Below are positions 45,621-51,605 of a stretch of 51,605 nucleotides of DNA, in pieces. A model generated the notes under the pieces. The model did not search any database, was not told the origin of the DNA, and was given only the letters and a program-made list of their open reading frames with translations. This DNA comes from Leptospira biflexa (lineage in GTDB: Bacteria; Spirochaetota; UBA4802; JAGODF01). Positions within the stretch are counted from its first letter, which is position 1; each line of letters opens with the position of its first letter. The position numbers and the translations under genes are program-made. The stretch spans positions 1 through 51,605 of the forward strand of contig DYLV01000003.1 in the NCBI GenBank assembly GCA_020721925.1, given 5' to 3'.

Positions 45621-46709
45621 ATGGAACTTGCAGCTCTGCCACCGAAAGAAGTAATAAGCATGGACAAGCTTACACAGGAAGAAAAAGCGAAAGTTGAAGA
45701 GATTAAAAATTCTATAAACATCGACGATTCCCAGGAAATCATCCAGTTTGGGGTGGGAGCTCAGAGTAAAATTTCAAGTTTTGCGGATACTATTTTAGAA
45801 CAAATCCGCGCCAAGGACGCGGGGGTGGCGGGAGAGCTTCTTTCCGATCTTATGGTCAATGTGAAGGAACTTGATGTGGAAAGCCTCTCGGAAGGAGGTG
45901 CACTTTCTAAAATTCCCATCATCGGCAATCTGATGGACAGATTTAAACGCTTTGCCGCACGCTACGAAAAGCTGAGCGTCGAGATCGAAAAAATAGTCGA
46001 TGAGCTTGCGAAAGCGCGGATGCAGCTTTTAAAAGATGTGACGATGTTTGATACACTGTACGAAAAAAACCTTGAATACCTCAAGGAGCTCGACCTTCAC
46101 ATACTTGCCGGAGAGCTGAAACTTAAAGAAATTCAGGAGAAGGTGCTTCCGGAACTGAAAGCCAGGGCAGATGCTTCGCAAGACCCAATCGATGCGCAGA
46201 AGTTTCAGGATACCAGCCAGATGGCAAATCGTTTCGAAAAGAAACTCCACGATATGAAGCTAAGCCGGATGGTGGCAATACAAACCTCGCCGCAGATTCG
46301 ACTCATTCAGGGCAACAATCAACTTCTGGTGGAGAAGATCCAGAGTTCGATTCTCAACACCATCCCGCTATGGAAAAATCAGATCATCATCGCGATTGGC
46401 CTTTTTAAACAGAAAAAGGCGCTCAAACTTCAGCAGGAAGTATCGAAGACGACGAATGAACTGTTGGAGAAAAACGCGGAAATGCTCAAGGATTCAAGCC
46501 TGCAGGTAGCCAGAGAATCGGAACGAGGCATTGTGGAAATTGAGACGCTCAAGAAAGTCAACAACGAACTCATCAGCACAATCGAGGAAACGCTGAAAAT
46601 TCAGGAAGAAGGGCGTCAGAAGAGAAAACAGGCTGAAACAGAGCTTGCACAACTGGAAAATGACCTCAAAAAGAAGCTCGTCGAAGTGAAAAGCGGCAAA
46701 GGGTTGTGA
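45621..46709 (+). CDS. telA: Toxic anion resistance protein (TelA family)
   Basis: FGVGAQ, QTSPQIRLIQ, TIPLWKNQ, ERGIVEIETL motifs. Confidence 0.9.
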   Translation: MELAALPPKEVISMDKLTQEEKAKVEEIKNSINIDDSQEIIQFGVGAQSKISSFADTILEQIRAKDAGVAGELLSDLMVNVKELDVESLSEGGALSKIPIIGNLMDRFKRFAARYEKLSVEIEKIVDELAKARMQLLKDVTMFDTLYEKNLEYLKELDLHILAGELKLKEIQEKVLPELKARADASQDPIDAQKFQDTSQMANRFEKKLHDMKLSRMVAIQTSPQIRLIQGNNQLLVEKIQSSILNTIPLWKNQIIIAIGLFKQKKALKLQQEVSKTTNELLEKNAEMLKDSSLQVARESERGIVEIETLKKVNNELISTIEETLKIQEEGRQKRKQAETELAQLENDLKKKLVEVKSGKGL

Positions 46710-46727
46710 GCGGCACGAGATTCGCCG

Positions 46728-47321
46728 TCATCCTTTGAAAAGGGAATTGATGTATTGCACTAAAAGCAGTGGGTCGAGCTCAATTGGATCGAACGACTCA
46801 AAAATTCCCGCGCTGAAAACGACAAGCTGAGCGATCCTTCCAATAAAAAGGGGATCGTAGTCGGTTTTTCTGCGGGAGGGGAGGTTTGCTCTTGCATCGG
46901 TGATGATTTCGTGAAATAACTTTAGGTGTTTGCGCAAATGCGTACGCAACATATCCATGATTTTCGGCTCTTCGTATCCGTACAAAATGAGGTTAATAAA
47001 TATTCTTGAGTTTTTTCTGTCCAGCACCAGCTTTTCGATGACGAAGAGTGCTGAAATGCCGGCACGCTCGTCGGATTGAAGATTCCCCCGAATGACATCT
47101 CCATGGTCATGCTCGAGACCGGTGAAGAAATCATCGATGAGATCCATATAGAGCTCTTCTTTGGTGGGATAATAATAAAGAAGCCCCCCTTTGGAAAATC
47201 CGGCCTCGTCCGCTACATCCTGCACGGTAATCTGTGAATACACCTTTTTCGATAAACTGTTTTTTAAAGCTTCGATGATATGTTTCTTCTTAGCCAGAAT
47301 CTTTTCTTCTTTTTTTGTCAT
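46728..47321 (-). CDS. TetR/AcrR family regulator
   Basis: ITVQDVADEAGFSKGGLLYYYPTKEEL HTH. Confidence 0.9.
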   Translation of the reverse strand: MTKKEEKILAKKKHIIEALKNSLSKKVYSQITVQDVADEAGFSKGGLLYYYPTKEELYMDLIDDFFTGLEHDHGDVIRGNLQSDERAGISALFVIEKLVLDRKNSRIFINLILYGYEEPKIMDMLRTHLRKHLKLFHEIITDARANLPSRRKTDYDPLFIGRIAQLVVFSAGIFESFDPIELDPLLLVQYINSLFKG

Positions 47322-47737
47322 GACAATACCATGTATGTGTATTTCCTGACAGCGGAACACCACAAGAAGAGGTCAAAAGAGCAAAGGCTTCCTCTCATAC
47401 CTCCTCATTGCGTATCATGAAGCTATACCTGATGTCAGTTTTCAACTATTTTTTTGGAGATGAGTGTTTTTTTCATAAGTCCAAATGATATTAAAAAAAG
47501 CTTTCAAGGGATGCATCCCGGTCAATACCCTGGAAATTGAGAGCATGAAGAAAAGTTATATTTGTCGGATAAATGGATGCAAAATTCGAATAAAAATGAA
47601 AAATTTTATTGATTAAGCGTGGGTTTTCAGTTACCGATTATTAATAATGCATACATGCGATTTTGAGTAAGTATATGATTATTTTAAGGGAAATATTTTT
47701 TCGAACCGCTGGAGATATGGCGGTAACAATATTTTGA

Positions 47738-49570
47738 ATGGCATCTTCTATGAAATGTACTATTATAAATAAACTAACATTAATAAGTATTATGATGATT
47801 TTTATATTTTCCGGGTATAGAGTTGTGGCTCAATTTCTGGACATAGAAGGCGAACGCCCGGCCGAGGAGGAAAAAGGAAAAGCCCTCCAACCGAAAAAAG
47901 AGAAAAAGCTTCCTGTCTATGTGGCACGGAATGTGAAAGCGCAGAATATACCCGACATTAAAGGTGCAATCAGAATTACCTGGGATGTTGATCCGGCGTT
48001 TGATGATGAGTTTATCATTGGAAGATCTTTTGAGGTGACCCATTCCATTGAAAAAGCGCTCAACGCGGAATCAATAAAAGTCGTCCCGGCGGGAGCGGAG
48101 TGTGTTGCAATTGATTCAAATCTCCCTCCCGGCAGTTATTTCTATGTTGTGCTTGCGAAACAAAAGGTGCAGGAACGCGATGTGGAACTATACCCGAATG
48201 TGAACTATACCACTGTACCGGTGGTCATAGAGAAAGAAGGGGTTGAGATTGTGGGGGTTAAGCTTCCGGAGCAGGTGACGCTCATCCATGCAATGGTGAT
48301 GAATCGAAATCAGGTGCTATTGACCTGGAAGGGAACACCGCAAAACAATATTGTATACAATGTATATCGGGGGAATGAACCTCTCAATACGCCTGCAAAA
48401 CTTAGAAACGCGGATGCAATTGCCCAGCTTCCAGCGAACAAAATGAGCTATGTCGATACGGGAATTGCCAAGACCGGCAATTATTTCTATGCAGTAACAA
48501 CGAAAGATATGCAGGGGAATGAAGACCTCCAGCTTGTGCCCGATCAGAGCTATACGGCAAGCGGGGTATTTGTCGCAATGCAGACGCAAAACCTGGTGGG
48601 AGACCTTACCGGGCGGATTTTCGCTTCTCGGTCGGTAAAGCTTAGCTGGAATGAGAAAGTTGCCAACCAGAAAGGAAAGTATCTCATCTACCGCGATTCA
48701 AAGCCGATATCGAGTTCTGAAAAGCTCGCCTTGTCTGAATTTGTGGGAAGCGTGGCAATGGGAAGAACAGATTTTATCGATGAAAACCCTCCCGAGGGTG
48801 CGTTATACTATGCGGTACTGGGAAAGCTTGAAGACGGTACACTCGATAACACGTTTGTCGCCGGTGAAAACTATCTTGTGGAACCTATTGTGATTGGTGA
48901 GCGACTCCGTGTGCAATCGATTACTGCGTCGGAAAAAGCAGGGAAAGTTCTGGTGCGATGGAATTTTCGCGGTAAAATTGGCTCCAGGGAATACACAATT
49001 GCCCGATTGAAGAATTTGGTGGCTGAAGCGAGCGAGGACATTGTCCCACACATCATATCGAATGTGAATGTTTCCGAAAAAAAATTCATCGATATGCCGC
49101 CCACCGGCAGATATTACTATGCAATTCTGCCTCGTGAAAAATCGCTCTGGAGTGGGTATGATCTTATCGCCGGAGTGAATATTACCGAATCGCCGGTGAA
49201 TGTGCGGAGTGAAATGCTTGCTGATGACCACTCTTCCAAAATCGATGAACAAAAAATCATTCAAACCGAACAGAAAAAAATCATCCCGAAGATGGTTCCC
49301 GCTGGTGATGTGGATGGAATACTTCGGGAAACATTTTTCAGGGGCAAATATTACACCGCAATACGAAAGCTTGATCTGCTTATTAAGGAAGGGCTTGAGG
49401 GAAAGGATGCCGCGAAAGCACGGCTTTTTATTGGCAGGGCGTATATCGAAAAAGGTCGATATCGAAAATCCCTTGAGTATTTGTTGAGAGGGGATGTAAA
49501 TGAGCATTTTCCGGATGAGGCAAAGTTCTGGAGCTCTTTTGCGATTTCTAAGGTAAATGGTAGAAAATGA
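47738..49570 (+). CDS. Exported protein with four FN3-like repeats and C-terminal TPR-like helices
   Basis: Repeated W..Y.(I/V)YR..D..G.Y(F/Y)Y(A/V)V units (ITWD, LTWK, LSWN, VRWN); C-terminal ARLFIGRAY. Confidence 0.75.
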   Translation: MASSMKCTIINKLTLISIMMIFIFSGYRVVAQFLDIEGERPAEEEKGKALQPKKEKKLPVYVARNVKAQNIPDIKGAIRITWDVDPAFDDEFIIGRSFEVTHSIEKALNAESIKVVPAGAECVAIDSNLPPGSYFYVVLAKQKVQERDVELYPNVNYTTVPVVIEKEGVEIVGVKLPEQVTLIHAMVMNRNQVLLTWKGTPQNNIVYNVYRGNEPLNTPAKLRNADAIAQLPANKMSYVDTGIAKTGNYFYAVTTKDMQGNEDLQLVPDQSYTASGVFVAMQTQNLVGDLTGRIFASRSVKLSWNEKVANQKGKYLIYRDSKPISSSEKLALSEFVGSVAMGRTDFIDENPPEGALYYAVLGKLEDGTLDNTFVAGENYLVEPIVIGERLRVQSITASEKAGKVLVRWNFRGKIGSREYTIARLKNLVAEASEDIVPHIISNVNVSEKKFIDMPPTGRYYYAILPREKSLWSGYDLIAGVNITESPVNVRSEMLADDHSSKIDEQKIIQTEQKKIIPKMVPAGDVDGILRETFFRGKYYTAIRKLDLLIKEGLEGKDAAKARLFIGRAYIEKGRYRKSLEYLLRGDVNEHFPDEAKFWSSFAISKVNGRK

Positions 49571-49668
49571 AAAAGGCAATTGCAGAATTGCCGTGCCCGA
49601 AGGCCCCATGCGGGTTTTTGGTATGTAACGGGTGGAGAGATTTCCGGAAAGGGGAGATGACAATATGA
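49567..49668 (+). CDS. Putative 33-aa Cys-containing small ORF
   Basis: MKKAIAELPCPKAPCGFLVCNGWRDFRKGEMTI; ATGA overlaps with both flanking genes. Confidence 0.35.
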   Translation: MKKAIAELPCPKAPCGFLVCNGWRDFRKGEMTI

Positions 49669-50975
49669 ATTGGAAAGTTGCTGTCGGCATTATGCTTATC
49701 ATCATGGGGGTTGGCCTTTTTGCCTACTACGATCGGTATGTGAAGCCAGAGAGGGAGGCGCGAGAAATGCTGGCTGAGGCGAAGATCGTTTTTGAGCGTG
49801 GCGATGAAACTGCAGATCGGGAATCGATAAACCAGGCGATAGGCACACTGTCGAGGCTTATTGCAAGATATCCGAAATCGAAAGCGGTGCCAGAAGCATA
49901 TTATTACATCGCAAGGAGCTATGAAAGGCTGAATCTCTACCGTCTTGCGCATTTGAAGTATTCTTTGATTGTCCGTAATAAGGTCGGGCAAGTATCTCCT
50001 GAATTGCGCGAAAATACTCTTGTGAGGCTTGCGCATATCAATATGCTCAAGCGCCACTCGGAGGAAGGAATTCACCAGCTCTACACGCTCCTCAACAATT
50101 CAGCAAATGGAGAATTGCGTGGACGGATTTATTCCGAACTCGGGCATGCCTATCTGAAGATGGGTAGATATGAGCAGGCAAAACGCATGTTTGATATCTC
50201 TCTTAGAGAGTATGGTGGTAACGAAGAGGCCATTCTTGGGAAAGCGCGCGCCTATAAGCGCATGGGGCATGATGTGGCCGCATACAATATGTATGATTAT
50301 TTTCTTCGATATTATGGGGGCGTGAGCCCGTATGCAAAGGATGTGCGCAGGGCATATAGAGAACAGGCATATTGGAGCGGGTTGAGGGAATACCGGCGCG
50401 GGCATTATGATGCGGCTCTGGGATTTTTCGACAGGGTGCTTCGAAAGTTCCCTTCAGATAGAAAATCGGAATATGCTCTCTACTGGGCAGGCGAATCGTA
50501 CTTCGCAAAAAAAGATTTTAACCGGGCGCTTTCTCTTTTTAATCGAGTGCTGGCTAACGGGTATTATGAAAAAGATCAGGATGCGCGCGTAAAGAAAGGG
50601 TATGCATATTTTATGAGCAAAAGGTTCGATCTTGCCGCGCGCGAATTTCAGACATACCTCCGCGATTATCCGAGAGGGAAGTATAGCGATATTGCCAACG
50701 AATGGAAGAGCATGAGCACGCGCGAGCTTTTGTACCGGATAGAATCGCAGAAGCTTCCCGAAGCCGGGGAAGAAGAATCCTCCGCAGTCCGAACTAAGAA
50801 ATTTACTCCAGCGCCGCATGATGAAGAATTTTTAGAAGAAGAAAAGACCGTATCTCCAAAAAAGGAAACTCCACGTTCAAACAAAGTGGAAGAAGATAAC
50901 ATGGACGAAGAAATTGGGGGGTCCATTTTGCGCGAAGGTAGAAGAATAGAGCTGGATATTGTGACTGAACTGTGA
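49665..50975 (+). CDS. Membrane-anchored TPR protein (CpoB/BamD-like repeats)
   Basis: N-terminal TM helix, AYYYIARSY, ALYWAGESY, YLRDYPRG repeats, acidic tail; GGGGAG RBS. Confidence 0.85.
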   Translation: MNWKVAVGIMLIIMGVGLFAYYDRYVKPEREAREMLAEAKIVFERGDETADRESINQAIGTLSRLIARYPKSKAVPEAYYYIARSYERLNLYRLAHLKYSLIVRNKVGQVSPELRENTLVRLAHINMLKRHSEEGIHQLYTLLNNSANGELRGRIYSELGHAYLKMGRYEQAKRMFDISLREYGGNEEAILGKARAYKRMGHDVAAYNMYDYFLRYYGGVSPYAKDVRRAYREQAYWSGLREYRRGHYDAALGFFDRVLRKFPSDRKSEYALYWAGESYFAKKDFNRALSLFNRVLANGYYEKDQDARVKKGYAYFMSKRFDLAAREFQTYLRDYPRGKYSDIANEWKSMSTRELLYRIESQKLPEAGEEESSAVRTKKFTPAPHDEEFLEEEKTVSPKKETPRSNKVEEDNMDEEIGGSILREGRRIELDIVTEL

Positions 50976-50979
50976 TAAG

Positions 50980-51460
50980 TATGAGTTTGAGAAAGAGAAG
51001 GTGGTGTGGGCAAGAGTTGGTGAAACGTTTTATTGTTGGATTGATAAACAATTCTTTGTTTTAGATACAAATTACATTACAACTTCACTTAAAAAATGGC
51101 AGATGGGTGTTTTAATTCAAATCTAATAATATCCTATATTAATGGCTTGGATTCATTGGTTGGTGAAAGAGCATATAGACACTATAAATATAATTTTGAA
51201 AAAATCCCATTCCTCCCATCACCCCATCCAATCAAAACATTGTTTCACAGATAGAAGGTTTGGTGGATAAAATATTGCAAGCCAAAAACCATGCTTCGAT
51301 AAACTCAGCAACCAGTACTTCGACAGGCTCAGCAACCACCAACACACAAGAGTGGGAGCATGAAATAGACCAGCTTGTGTACAGGCTGTATGATCTGACG
51401 GAGGAGGAGTTAGAGTTGTGGAGAAGAGAACGGCATGAGCGTTTGGGTTGTTGCCCGTGA
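50980..51460 (+). pseudogene. 3' remnant of a type IIG (Eco57I/TaqI-like) restriction-modification gene
   Basis: YEFEKEKVVW..GVL / NSNLI..RHYKYNFEKIP / IPPITPSNQNIVSQIEGLVDKIL..EIDQLVYRLYDLTEEE spread over three frames; no 5' part. Confidence 0.8.
51294..51338. repeat. Two tandem REP-like 21-bp units
   Basis: CTTCGATAAACTCAGCAACCA (51294-51314) and CTTCGACAGGCTCAGCAACCA (51318-51338), period 24 nt. Confidence 0.7.
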
Positions 51461-51605
51461 GATGGGTAAATTGGAACTAACCATAAAGCTGGGAAAGAAT
51501 GGTTAAAGATGCTACCATGTGAATACAATTATGATTAAATCCATTTACACTATCTCAATAGTCGTGAGGAACCCCTTTAATGTGTAAAAGAAGATGTTCA
51601 TAGTT

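Noticed and set aside
47315-47326. Palindrome TTGTCATGACAA over the TetR start codon
   Set aside because: Short, AT-rich and partly forced by the codons; insufficient to call an operator
1-51605. CRISPR array, rRNA, tRNA, prophage or intact transposase
   Set aside because: No regularly spaced repeats, RNA-gene signatures, phage genes or DDE/HUH ORFs seen by eye; dedicated tools could still find short RNAs

Overview
Mostly housekeeping and cell-envelope DNA from a bacterium I infer to be a Leptospira-related, probably anaerobic spirochaete (LipL45-like lipoprotein, LIC12922-like PPIase next to a spiro-SPASM protein, PPi-type PFK, ADP-forming acyl-CoA ligase). It carries about 45 CDS: cimA-murI-PPIase-spiroSPASM-spsF-spsG-like, surE, larE, a SET protein, a SAM methyltransferase, purD-nadK-recN-HExxH protein, an MCP, a sensor-only membrane protein plus STAS-Zn ribbon, a class I adenylate cyclase, a degenerate M23 protein, LysR-acdAB, pfk, a LolA-like/ABC/beta-barrel operon, a tandem cNMP-binding protein, DJ-1, xpaC-telA, TetR, and FN3-repeat and TPR proteins. 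I saw no rRNA, tRNA or CRISPR array. The best candidates for poorly described systems are the spiro-SPASM/cytidylyltransferase operon with an intact radical SAM motif and a class I adenylate cyclase with nearby signalling genes. Features missing from the ORF track include a ~135 bp MITE, a frameshifted type IIG restriction-modification remnant carrying an in-frame REP-like tandem repeat, a Cys-rich 33-aa ORF overlapping both neighbours by ATGA, other small ORFs and candidate structured RNAs. All family calls come from motif recognition by eye; no searches were run.
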